A stretch of 32,000 nt of DNA, from positions 4,200,001 through 4,232,000 of the forward strand of contig CP001848.1 in assembly GCA_000025185.1 (NCBI GenBank), in the 5' to 3' direction. Position 1 is the stretch's first letter. Every line of letters starts with the position of its first letter. Origin of the DNA: Pirellula staleyi DSM 6068. Lineage in GTDB: Bacteria > Planctomycetota > Planctomycetia > Pirellulales > Pirellulaceae. Under the pieces are notes generated by a model. That model saw only the letters and a list, made by a program, of their open reading frames with translations. It made no database searches and had not been told where the DNA came from. Below, one piece after another: positions 9,303 through 17,561 of this stretch. The position numbers and the translations under genes were made by a program.

Positions 9303-12300
9303 CTATTTCGGCTTCGCTGCGCGGAGCGAGATCAAGGTGTTCTCGACGCTCGACAGCTGCTGCTCGAGTTGTGCCAGCGCATCGCGCTCGGCTTGCACCA
9401 CATTGGCTGGTGCTCGGCTGACAAATCCCTCGCTCGCGAGCTTCGACTGCTTGGCCTTGATGAGCCCTGCCAGCTTAACAAGTTGCTGCTCGTTTTTCGC
9501 GATTTCGGCCCCGATATCGATAAAATCCTTTAGGTCGACGAACAGCTGCATCGAGGCAATGGCAGTCCCCACATGCGTGGCTGGCGGTTCCGCTGCGGGG
9601 CCAATGTGGGTGGCAGTGGCGTTGGCCATGGAGCGGAAATAGGGAGCCATCGGTTCGAGCAGCGTGGCGACATCGGCATCTGCTTTGAGCGCGAATTCGA
9701 TCGGGTTTTTCATGCCGATATTCTGACGCGAACGAATTTCACGCAGCGCATCGAGCACCGCGCGGAAAATCGAAAAACGACGTTCCATATCGGGGTTTTG
9801 TAGCGCCAAATCGGCGCGTGGCCACTCGGCCATTATTAGCCAATCGGCTGCAGGTGCAGGTTCACGCAGCCCACGCACCGGTGCCATCTTGGCGAGTTGT
9901 TGCCAGATCTCTTCGGTCAAAAATGGCATCATCGGATGGAGCAAACGGAGCATCGTATCGAGCGTATGCGCCAGCACGCGCTGGGCAGTGGGCCGCGCCT
10001 CGGGATCTTGCAATCGCGCCTTCGTGATCTCGACATAGAGGCTGCAGAATTCATCCCATGCGAAGTCGTAAATGCTCTTCGCCGCATCGGCATAACGATA
10101 GGTCTGCAGTGCTTCGGTCACCTCACGCGTCACCGTAGTGAGCCGCGACAAGAGCCAGCGATCTTCCACCGCAAGTTCCTCGGGCAATACACTTCCAGGT
10201 GTGTATTCCTTCAGATTGATAAGCGCAAATCGCGCGGCGTTCCAGAGCTTGTTACTAAAGTTGCGCGCCACTTCAAAGCGTTCGCTCACTACGGCAGCTC
10301 GAGGCAGTGCTTGATCTTCTTCTTTACGCGCCCACTGCGTCGAGAATTCTTTGCTGCACTTTGTGCAAGCGACGCGGGGAAGTTCGCGATTCTTCTTCGT
10401 CTGATCGACGAGCGCTTCGCAGTGCGGGCATTCAAACTGCACCGGCATCCGCACATCTTGCGTTTCGGTCGTCAGGCAAGTGAGGCCGAAGCGGAGCGCA
10501 TCGGCGCCGAACTTGGCCACAATGTCGTTGGGGTCGACACCGTTCCCCTTGCTCTTGCTCATTGTCTCGCCATAGCCATCGAGAATCTTCGGATGGATGA
10601 AGACCTCGCGGAATGGCACTTCCCCCATGTTGTTGAGTCCCGTAAGAACCATGCGCGCCACCCACAACGTAATAATGTCGCGGCTGGTGATCAGCACACT
10701 CGTGGGGTAGAAGAACGCAAGGTCGCTCGTTTTTTCAGGCCATCCGAGCGTGCTATGCGGCCAGAGCGCCGACGAGAACCAGGTGTCGAGCACATCTTCT
10801 TCACGCACAAATCCAAGCGACTCGATTTTCTTCTCGAGCGACTCATCTTCCTTCGCGAGGCACACATGCAAGGTGCCAAAAATCTCTCCATTTCCCTCGG
10901 CATACTCGGGGTTGTGCTCGAGTTGTATCGAAACCGCATCCTTCTGCTCAGCAAACTCTCCCTGGAGTTTTGCAAGCCAAAGCGTCGCCTCTTGCTCCGT
11001 AGCAAATCGATGGGACCAGATCGGAATCTGATGCCCCCACCAGAGTTGGCGACTCACCGGCCAGTCTCGTTTTTCGCCCAGCCAGTCGAGGTAGCTTTTA
11101 GCGTAGCGAGGAGGAACGATTTTCACGCGGCTGTCGGTCACGGCATCCATGGCGGACTGCGCGAGCTGATCCATCCGCACAAACCACTGATCGGCCAGCA
11201 GCGGTTCGATGGGGGTCTTGCTACGATCGCTATGCGGCAGCTCGATTTCTCGATCTTCGACATCACCGAGCAGCCCGAGCGCATCGAGATCAGCGACCAC
11301 TCGCTCGCGCGCTTGCTTGATCGTGAGCCCTTGATACTTCGCTCCAGCATTGGCATTGAGCTTGCCATCGACGGTCAGGATGTTGATCATCGGCAGCTTT
11401 TGACGGCGGCCGACGTCGTAGTCGTTCGGGTCGTGAGCGGGAGTGATTTTGACGCACCCGGAGCCCATTTCAGGCTTGGCCCACACATCGCCGACGAGCG
11501 GAATTTCGCGCTCGGCTAGCGGCAGCATTAGTGTGCGACCATCGCGCGCCATGGCGGCGAGTTGCTCGAGGAGCGGAAGCATCGACGTCCGGCGCTCGGC
11601 GATATTTTTCAGCTGCTCTTCCAGAGCTTCTTTGTCCTTCGCAGCAGCTTTTTCGAGACGTGCGCGAAGCTCGGCCTCTGCTGCATCGAGCGCTTTGGCT
11701 GGTTCGGGATGCACAGCCACCGCCGTATCACCCAGCATCGTTTCCGGGCGCGTGGTGGCCACTGTCACATGCGTAGGCTCGCCCGGCTGAGGGTTAATGA
11801 CCGCATATCGCAGCTGCCAAAAACTTCCCTTCACCGTTTCTTGAGAGACTTCGTCATCGCTCACGGCCGTCTGGAGAAACGTGTCCCAGTTCACCAGTTT
11901 CTTGCCGCGGTAGATCAACTCTTTTTGGAACAGGTCGAAGAAGGTGCGCCGGACCGCGGTCGCGCAGACCTCGTCGAGCGTGAAGCGAGTCCGCTGCCAG
12001 TCGCAGCTGCACCCCATCTGTTTCAACTGGCCGAGAATGCGTTTCTCGTACTCCGCTTTCCAGTTCCAAATCCGCTCGACCAACTTTTCGCGACCCAGGT
12101 CGTGACGCGTTTTTCCCTCTTCTTCGCGCAGACGACGTTCCACCACTGCCTGCGTGGCGATGCCAGCATGGTCGGTCCCGGGAACCCACAGCGTGACATA
12201 ACCTTGCATCCGCTTCATTCGAATTTGAATGTCTTGCAGCGTGTTGTTGAGGGCATGCCCCAGATGCAAAGCGCCAGTGACATTCGGTGGCGGAATCACA

Positions 12301-12434
12301 ATGGCAAACGGTTCTTTACCGATTTGCGGTTCCGCGTGGAAATAGCCGCGCGTTTCCCACTCGGCATAGATGCGAGGCTGTGTTTCGGCAAAGTCGAAAC
12401 GATTGGCGAGCGACTCGGGAGAAAACTCAGTCAT
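9303..12434 (-). CDS. valS: valine--tRNA ligase
   Basis: 1043 aa. It carries the class I HIGH motif (PPNVTGALHLGH), the KMSKS loop (TMSKSKGN), editing-domain motifs (TTRPETMLGDTAVAVHP, KITPAHDPNDYDVG) and a C-terminal coiled coil typical of ValRS. Confidence 0.97.
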   Translation of the reverse strand: MTEFSPESLANRFDFAETQPRIYAEWETRGYFHAEPQIGKEPFAIVIPPPNVTGALHLGHALNNTLQDIQIRMKRMQGYVTLWVPGTDHAGIATQAVVERRLREEEGKTRHDLGREKLVERIWNWKAEYEKRILGQLKQMGCSCDWQRTRFTLDEVCATAVRRTFFDLFQKELIYRGKKLVNWDTFLQTAVSDDEVSQETVKGSFWQLRYAVINPQPGEPTHVTVATTRPETMLGDTAVAVHPEPAKALDAAEAELRARLEKAAAKDKEALEEQLKNIAERRTSMLPLLEQLAAMARDGRTLMLPLAEREIPLVGDVWAKPEMGSGCVKITPAHDPNDYDVGRRQKLPMINILTVDGKLNANAGAKYQGLTIKQARERVVADLDALGLLGDVEDREIELPHSDRSKTPIEPLLADQWFVRMDQLAQSAMDAVTDSRVKIVPPRYAKSYLDWLGEKRDWPVSRQLWWGHQIPIWSHRFATEQEATLWLAKLQGEFAEQKDAVSIQLEHNPEYAEGNGEIFGTLHVCLAKEDESLEKKIESLGFVREEDVLDTWFSSALWPHSTLGWPEKTSDLAFFYPTSVLITSRDIITLWVARMVLTGLNNMGEVPFREVFIHPKILDGYGETMSKSKGNGVDPNDIVAKFGADALRFGLTCLTTETQDVRMPVQFECPHCEALVDQTKKNRELPRVACTKCSKEFSTQWARKEEDQALPRAAVVSERFEVARNFSNKLWNAARFALINLKEYTPGSVLPEELAVEDRWLLSRLTTVTREVTEALQTYRYADAAKSIYDFAWDEFCSLYVEITKARLQDPEARPTAQRVLAHTLDTMLRLLHPMMPFLTEEIWQQLAKMAPVRGLREPAPAADWLIMAEWPRADLALQNPDMERRFSIFRAVLDALREIRSRQNIGMKNPIEFALKADADVATLLEPMAPYFRSMANATATHIGPAAEPPATHVGTAIASMQLFVDLKDFIDIGAEIAKNEQQLVKLAGLIKAKQSKLASEGFVSRAPANVVQAERDALAQLEQQLSSVENTLISLRAAKPK

Positions 12435-12552
12435 GCGTGCGTGCCTTGTTCTTCAATCCACTCGCCGATGCGAGTGCAACGTCCGTGATGAAATTGCGTG
12501 CGTGTAGTGTGGGTCGAATCGGTATAGGAAACTGTTGGTGAGCGTGGGCGTT

Positions 12553-14154
12553 CTAAGCCACACCATCTTTACAAAGTTTGTACTCGATGGCATCGACCAG
12601 CGCGAGCCAACTTGCCTCGATGATGTTTTCGCTCACACCAACGGTTCCCCAAACATCGTGCTGATCGGCCGACTCGATGATCACGCGGATGCGAGCAGCG
12701 GTCCCTTGCTGTCCGTTTACCACGCGCACCTTGTAGTCGATCAATTGCACATCGCGAAGCGTCGGGTACTCGACTGCGAGTGCTTTACGAAGTGCGGCAT
12801 CCAGAGCGTTCACCGGGCCATCTCCTTCGGCCACTTCGTAACGCTCTTGCCCCCGAATGTTCAGTTTTACGGAAGCTTCCGTGACCGGTTCCCCTTGGTT
12901 CGCGGCGGAAACCCCGACGTGGTATTTAAGGCGGTCGAAGTGCGAATTGAAGTTGCCAGTGGCACGACGAACAAGCAGATCGAACGAAGCCCCTGCTGCT
13001 TCAAATTGCCAGCCACTCGCTTCGAGGTCGACTACCTGCTTGAGAATGCGGTCCATCAACTCGCGATCATCGGAAACGTTATGTTTGGCGGTAAGCGCAG
13101 CGATGTTCGAGCGGCCCGACAGTTCGCTCACCAAGATGCGCCGCTCGTTACCGACTAGTTCTGGATCGAGATGTTCGTACGACGAAGTGGCGCGAGTAAT
13201 CGCATGAACGTGCATGCCACCTTTATGTGCAAATGCGCTTTGGCCGACGAAAGGCTGCCCCGATCGCATATTCAGGTTGGCAGTTTCATAGACAAATCGC
13301 GACAACTCGGTGAGATGCGTGAGACCTCGGCCGCCGAGGATCGAGTATCCCTTTTTCTTGAGTCCCAGATTGGCCATCACCGAGATAAGATCGGCGTTGC
13401 CGCAGCGCTCACCTACGCCATTGATCGTCCCTTGCACTTGGGCAGCGCCGGCATCCACCGCAGAGAGGGAATTGGCCACCGCCAGTTCACAGTCGTTGTG
13501 GCAATGGATTCCCACTTGCACTCCGAGCGGCTCGAGTGCCTCGCGAGCCCAGCGCGTCCGCTCGGCAATCTGCTCGGGCATAGTGCCACCATTGGTATCG
13601 CACAGAATCACCATCTTCGCGCCCGCTTTGGCGGCTGTCGTGATGGTTTTTAGTGCGTAGTCGCTGTTGGCAGCGCTGCCGTCGAAAAAATGCTCGGCGT
13701 CGTAGAAGACTTCGCGCCCCTGCGACACTAGGTACGCAATCGAGTCGTGAATCATCGCCAGGTTTTCTTCGAGCGTCACGCGCAATACTTCGGTGACATG
13801 AAAGTCGGATGTCTTGCCGACAATCGTGCAGATTGGGGCATGCGATTCGACGAGCGCTTTCATACCTGGATCGTCGGCAGCGATCACCCCTTTGCGGCGC
13901 GTCATGCCGAAGGCACATACCTTCGCGGTTTTGAATTTCATCGCACGCACGCGCTGAAAGAACTCGGCATCTTTCGGGTTCGAAAGGGGGTAGCCACCTT
14001 CAATAAAATCGATCCCGATCTCGTCCAATCGCGCGGCAATTTGAAGTTTGTCCTCGAGTGAAAGGCTCACGCCTTCTCCCTGGGTTCCATCGCGAAGCGT
14101 GGTGTCGTAGATCTGGATCGTACGCATGTCTTGGGTCTCTACTTTCGCTCGCAT
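12553..14154 (-). CDS. cimA: (R)-citramalate synthase (CimA-type member of the 2-isopropylmalate synthase family)
   Basis: The N-terminal DRE-TIM signature is IQIYDTTLRDGTQGEGVSLSLEDKLQIA...IDFIEGGYPLSNPKD. The HCHND metal site and a C-terminal LeuA-dimer-like regulatory domain are also present. The pattern resembles the CimA subfamily more than LeuA, but an HMM is needed to separate them. Start ATG 14154 has GAGGA 5 nt upstream; ATG 14127 is an alternative. The track start at 14232 would run through a terminator hairpin. Confidence 0.85.
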   Translation of the reverse strand: MRAKVETQDMRTIQIYDTTLRDGTQGEGVSLSLEDKLQIAARLDEIGIDFIEGGYPLSNPKDAEFFQRVRAMKFKTAKVCAFGMTRRKGVIAADDPGMKALVESHAPICTIVGKTSDFHVTEVLRVTLEENLAMIHDSIAYLVSQGREVFYDAEHFFDGSAANSDYALKTITTAAKAGAKMVILCDTNGGTMPEQIAERTRWAREALEPLGVQVGIHCHNDCELAVANSLSAVDAGAAQVQGTINGVGERCGNADLISVMANLGLKKKGYSILGGRGLTHLTELSRFVYETANLNMRSGQPFVGQSAFAHKGGMHVHAITRATSSYEHLDPELVGNERRILVSELSGRSNIAALTAKHNVSDDRELMDRILKQVVDLEASGWQFEAAGASFDLLVRRATGNFNSHFDRLKYHVGVSAANQGEPVTEASVKLNIRGQERYEVAEGDGPVNALDAALRKALAVEYPTLRDVQLIDYKVRVVNGQQGTAARIRVIIESADQHDVWGTVGVSENIIEASWLALVDAIEYKLCKDGVA

Positions 14155-14228
14155 CAGTTCCTCGGCCGGAATTGAATCAAGCAACATTCGAAGCGGAAAA
14201 TCGAAAACGGGGAAGTGCCAGTCAGTAA

Positions 14229-14264
14229 ACAAAAAAAGCCCTGAAACCGCGGGGGCTTCAGGGC
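14229..14264 (-). terminator. intrinsic terminator (candidate attenuator) between mini-ORF and cimA
   Basis: On the minus strand the sequence reads GCCCTGAAG-CCCCCGCGG-TTTCAGGGC followed by TTTTTTTGTTT. That gives 8 perfect bp, extendable to about 11 bp with a 5-nt loop, then 7 consecutive U. It sits 36 nt after the mini-ORF stop and 75 nt before the cimA ATG. Confidence 0.7.
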
Positions 14265-14299
14265 AGGAAATTTTTCGGTGTGCGTACCGTTTTCCTCCA

Positions 14300-14428
14300 T
14301 CAGCCCGGGCTGTGCCCGCTGATAATCAGCACCACAATAATCACTCCAATCGCTACACCTCGCAGAGTGCGCAGTGGAACCATCATCCGGCGGATGGCGG
14401 TCGAAAGTGAATGGATGTGGTGATGCAT
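14300..14428 (-). CDS. 42-codon mini-ORF, candidate branched-chain amino acid leader peptide
   Basis: My own translation of the minus strand gives MHHHIHSLSTAIRRMMVPLRTLRGVAIGVIIVVLIISGHSPG*. Residues 25-36 are 10/12 Ile/Val/Leu (5 Ile, 4 Val, 1 Leu). The ORF is below the length threshold of the ORF track. No Shine-Dalgarno was seen, so translation is unproven. Confidence 0.4.
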   Translation of the reverse strand: MHHHIHSLSTAIRRMMVPLRTLRGVAIGVIIVVLIISGHSPG

Positions 14429-14491
14429 AGGAAATCGGCCTATTTCGGCTGTCACTTGCCCCAGCGGGAAGTGGCAGCACGAAGATTCTCA

Positions 14492-14520
14492 AAACTACGC
14501 TCTGGCCTGCGCTATGTCAA
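14492..14520 (-). promoter_or_regulatory. candidate sigma70-type promoter for the mini-ORF/cimA transcript (TTGACA-N17-TAGTTT)
   Basis: On the minus strand there is a perfect TTGACA (14520..14515), a 17-nt spacer, then TAGTTT (14497..14492). The predicted 5' end lies about 55 nt upstream of the mini-ORF ATG. This is a sequence match only. Confidence 0.3.
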
Positions 14521-14803
14521 CCTCGCGAGGCGGCGACTCGAAGCCTTCATTCGGCCTCCATCGGTCCGGTGGGCAGCATTTTAATTTTCTGTAAGTCGTA
14601 GTCCTGCTAGGTAGTTGCAGCGGGCGACGAGCCTGGGATACTTACGGCTCGCTTCATGGAACGCAAGTGACCAACCGACATTTGCCGGCCACTTGCCACG
14701 TTCCAGCTGTCCCACCGCGACACAATGGTAAAACCTGAGGTCGCTCTCCCCGCATCGCACCACCAGCGTCAACATCGCCTGCTAAACAAGGATTCGTGCT
14801 GTT

Positions 14804-15862
14804 ATGGAGCCTGTCGCCTACGATTTCCTCCGCAAGTTGCTCGATACACCCAGCCCTAGTGGTTATGAGCGTCCGATTCAGGATGTGGTTCGGAGTTATG
14901 TCCGCGACTTTGCCGACAGTGTCTCGACCGACCTGCACGGAAATGTGATTGCCGCGAAGAATCCGGGGGCGGCTCGCCGCGTGATGTTCGCCGGTCACTG
15001 CGACCAAATCGGCATGCTGGTGACCCATATCAACGAAAACGGATTTATCTATGCGCAAACCATTGGAGGCTGGGATGCTCAGCAGCTGATTGGCCAGCGG
15101 ATGGTGATTTGGACCGCCGAGGGGCCCGTTCCGGCCGTCATCAGCCGCAAGCCGATCCACTTACTCTCCGACGAGGAACGCAAAAGTGTCGTGAAACTCG
15201 ACGATTTGTGGCTCGATATTGGGGCACGAAACAAGGCAGAAGTGGCTGGAATCATTAAAATCGGCGATCCGGTGACGCTGGAGCTGAAGTACACCGAGAT
15301 GCGAAACAAACTCGCCAGCAGCCCGGCGATGGACAACAAAGTGGGTCTGTGGGTCTGTATTGAAGCTCTGCGGCGCGCCAGTCAGCAGAACTTGCAGGTG
15401 GGTGTTTTCGCGGTCTCGACCGTGTGCGAAGAAATTGGCTTGCGAGGGGCTCAGACGTCGGCTTTCGGAGTCGATCCGCACATTGGTATCGCGGTCGACG
15501 TGACCCATGCGACCGATTGCCCCACGATCGACAAGCGTCAGCAGGGTGATATTGCCCTGGGGAGTGGTCCGGTCATTTTCCGTGGCCCGAACATGAATCC
15601 TGTCGTCACGGCGAAACTGCTGAGCCTCGCCCAGGAGAAGATGATTCCCCACCAAATTTCGGCCAGCGGCCGAGCAGTGCCAAACGATGCCAACGCCCTG
15701 CAAGTCAATCGCGCTGGCGTAGCGACCGGACTTGTGAGCATTCCCAATCGCTACATGCATTCGGCTGTTGAAATGGTTTCGCTCGAGGATATTGACCAGG
15801 CGGCTGACCTACTGGCAGCGTTTGTAATTTCCCTCGAAGGAACTGAGGACTTTACACCCTAG
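14804..15862 (+). CDS. M42 family metallopeptidase (FrvX/CelM/glutamyl aminopeptidase type)
   Basis: 352 aa. The N-terminus (FLRKLLDTPSPSGYE), the motifs GHCDQIG, AMDNKVG and EEIGLRGA, and the C-terminal RYMHSAVE all follow the M42 family pattern as I recall it. Confidence 0.88.
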   Translation: MEPVAYDFLRKLLDTPSPSGYERPIQDVVRSYVRDFADSVSTDLHGNVIAAKNPGAARRVMFAGHCDQIGMLVTHINENGFIYAQTIGGWDAQQLIGQRMVIWTAEGPVPAVISRKPIHLLSDEERKSVVKLDDLWLDIGARNKAEVAGIIKIGDPVTLELKYTEMRNKLASSPAMDNKVGLWVCIEALRRASQQNLQVGVFAVSTVCEEIGLRGAQTSAFGVDPHIGIAVDVTHATDCPTIDKRQQGDIALGSGPVIFRGPNMNPVVTAKLLSLAQEKMIPHQISASGRAVPNDANALQVNRAGVATGLVSIPNRYMHSAVEMVSLEDIDQAADLLAAFVISLEGTEDFTP

Positions 15863-15963
15863 ATGGGTTATGATCACCGCCGTTGGTCTTTGTCAAAGAT
15901 CGACAGTTGCTAGACGAAGACTTTTCCGTATCGCTGCACCTACCTCATCTGGAGTTCTTGACG

Positions 15964-17385
15964 ATGGGCGTCATTTCGAATGATTCGTGGTTCTCCAACA
16001 TCATTTCAGCGGTACTGGGCGTATTTGTCGCGCCCGTCGTTGGATTGATTGCGGTCGTCGTCTTGTTCTGGAACGAAGGCAACTACCTTTACACAGCGCT
16101 CAGTTTGGATGCTGCTGAAAAGGTGGTGCAAACGGTCGACGGCGCCGCCAAACTCCCTGCTAACGAAGGGAAGCTGGTGCATGTCTCGGGAAAAATGTCT
16201 AGCGACATGCCGCTTGTGGATGAACAGTTTGGCGTGGGTGGGGATGTCGCACGTATGCGGCGGATTGTGGAAATGTATCAATGGGTCGAGCACGAGCACA
16301 CACGCACCAAAAAGAAGCTGGGTGGTGGTACGCGGCGAGTCACCGAGTACGAATATAAAATGGAATGGGTCGAGGGAGTCGAGGACTCACGGAATTTCTA
16401 CGACGCCACGCATGTGAACCCCACCTCAATCCCATTTACTTCGGACGTCAAGCAGGCCAGCAGTGTGCGGCTGGGTGGCTTTGTGATCGGCGATGAACAA
16501 CTCGATAAACTCAGCTATAAGCCCCTGGCTCTGACGAGCCAGACGTTCACCGGTGTTCCCCCCGGGGTTACACCCAAGCCAGTCCCCACGGGATCTGAGC
16601 TCTATGTTCCGGTGGAATGGACATCGTTTGGTCGTGAATCGGTGCAGCCCCCGAAAGCCTCGAAAGAGGCTCCACAGGAAGAAGAAATGCCTGTGAACTG
16701 TGGCGCTGATCCCGCTGCTGAATCGGCTCCCGAAGTCACCCCTGAAGCAGCTCCCACTGAGCCAGCAACAGAGGCCGCCCCACAACCCGAAGCTGCGCCC
16801 GTTGATATGCCGAGCGAAGAGCCTCAGGACTTGTCGCCGTCGCGTTTGAACGAACCGCAAGTTGGTGATGTGCGCATTCGCTTCGAAGCGATCCCACTCG
16901 ACGATGTGACCGTGGTCGCCAAGCAAGAGGGAGAAGCACTCGTCGATTTCATCCCAGAGCTTCGTAACGCCAGGCCGATCATGCTGGTCGACGAAGGGGT
17001 CCACACGACGAAGGTGATGTTCGACAATGCTCGCACTCAAAACACCATGATGCTCTGGATTACACGTGTGATCGGCGGCATTTTGGTTTTCGCTGGCACA
17101 TTCATGGTGCTTCGTCCTCTCAAGGTGTTTGCTGACTTCATTCCGATGATCGGCAGCATTGTCGGCTTCGGCATTTTTGTCGTGGCACTGTTCGTCTCGG
17201 GAGGCTTGACGGTGATGATCATCGGCGTTGCTTGGGTCTATTATCGCCCACTCATCGGCTGTCTCATCTTGCTGCTTGGAGCCCTGATATTCGGCGGTCT
17301 GATCTACCTGATTCGCGCGAGCAGTTCCAAAAACAAGCCTATCATGGCGACTGTGGGGCCCGATCAGCCGATCATCCTGAACTAA
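15964..17385 (+). CDS. TMEM43/LUMA family (Pfam DUF1625-type) membrane protein, paralogue 1
   Basis: The full length is collinear with the eukaryotic TMEM43 pattern as I recall it. The shared elements are an N-terminal TM ending in LFWNEG, then NEGKLVHVSG, VEMYQW, YEYKMEW, NP.SIPF and QVGDVRIRF, three C-terminal TM helices, and WVYYRP. ATG 15964 is preceded by GGAG; the track start at 15883 adds 27 non-conserved codons. It carries a Pro/Glu/Ala-rich insertion of about 60 aa that is absent from paralogue 2. Confidence 0.8.
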   Translation: MGVISNDSWFSNIISAVLGVFVAPVVGLIAVVVLFWNEGNYLYTALSLDAAEKVVQTVDGAAKLPANEGKLVHVSGKMSSDMPLVDEQFGVGGDVARMRRIVEMYQWVEHEHTRTKKKLGGGTRRVTEYEYKMEWVEGVEDSRNFYDATHVNPTSIPFTSDVKQASSVRLGGFVIGDEQLDKLSYKPLALTSQTFTGVPPGVTPKPVPTGSELYVPVEWTSFGRESVQPPKASKEAPQEEEMPVNCGADPAAESAPEVTPEAAPTEPATEAAPQPEAAPVDMPSEEPQDLSPSRLNEPQVGDVRIRFEAIPLDDVTVVAKQEGEALVDFIPELRNARPIMLVDEGVHTTKVMFDNARTQNTMMLWITRVIGGILVFAGTFMVLRPLKVFADFIPMIGSIVGFGIFVVALFVSGGLTVMIIGVAWVYYRPLIGCLILLLGALIFGGLIYLIRASSSKNKPIMATVGPDQPIILN

Positions 17386-17458
17386 GTCGCAAAAATGCCT
17401 CTGCACCGAGCCTGGTTCTACGCAATTGACCAGGGCTTTGCTGTGGCAAACTAACGAT

Positions 17459-17498
17459 CGTGAGTGATTCTCCAGTGGGAGTCACTCACGATTTTTTA
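17459..17498 (+). terminator. intrinsic terminator between the two TMEM43-family genes
   Basis: CGTGAGTGA(TT)CTCC-AGTG-GGAGTCACTCACG forms a 13-bp stem with a 2-nt bulge and a 4-nt loop, followed by ATTTTTTA (T-run 17492..17497). It lies 74 nt after the paralogue-1 stop and 64 nt before the paralogue-2 ATG. Confidence 0.65.
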
Positions 17499-17561
17499 TG
17501 GCCGGACCCTCGCTCAAAAAGTGAAAGGCACTACAGAGCGCGGGGCGTGGAGCGAGCTTGG

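Noticed and set aside
9897-12488. Plus-strand ORFs of 540 aa (9897..11519) and 308 aa (11562..12488).
   Set aside because: Both lie antisense within valS, which is supported by HIGH, KMSKS and editing-domain motifs. Their products are Arg/Leu-rich shadow translations.
13971-13990. A GGGTTCGAAAGG string resembling a tRNA T-loop.
   Set aside because: It lies inside the cimA coding sequence, and no acceptor, D or anticodon arms can be built around it. I found no tRNA anywhere in the window.
14411-14428. A His-rich start to the mini-ORF (MHHHIH), which could suggest a histidine-type leader.
   Set aside because: No his biosynthesis gene is adjacent. The His codons sit at the extreme 5' end, too far from the terminator to control it. 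The Ile/Val/Leu run is positioned appropriately and matches the downstream gene's pathway.
14154-14492. 112-aa minus-strand track ORF spanning the region upstream of cimA, and the track's cimA start at 14232.
   Set aside because: The 112-aa ORF would be translated straight through the GC-rich terminator hairpin and its U-tract, in a different frame from the I/V/L mini-ORF. The cimA extension adds non-conserved residues ahead of the conserved MR(T)IQIYDTTLRDG N-terminus, and neither start has an SD. ATG 14154 with GAGGA is preferred for cimA.
16426-17406. 326-aa minus-strand ORF.
   Set aside because: It is antisense to TMEM43 paralogue 1 and has no motifs, so I treat it as a shadow ORF.
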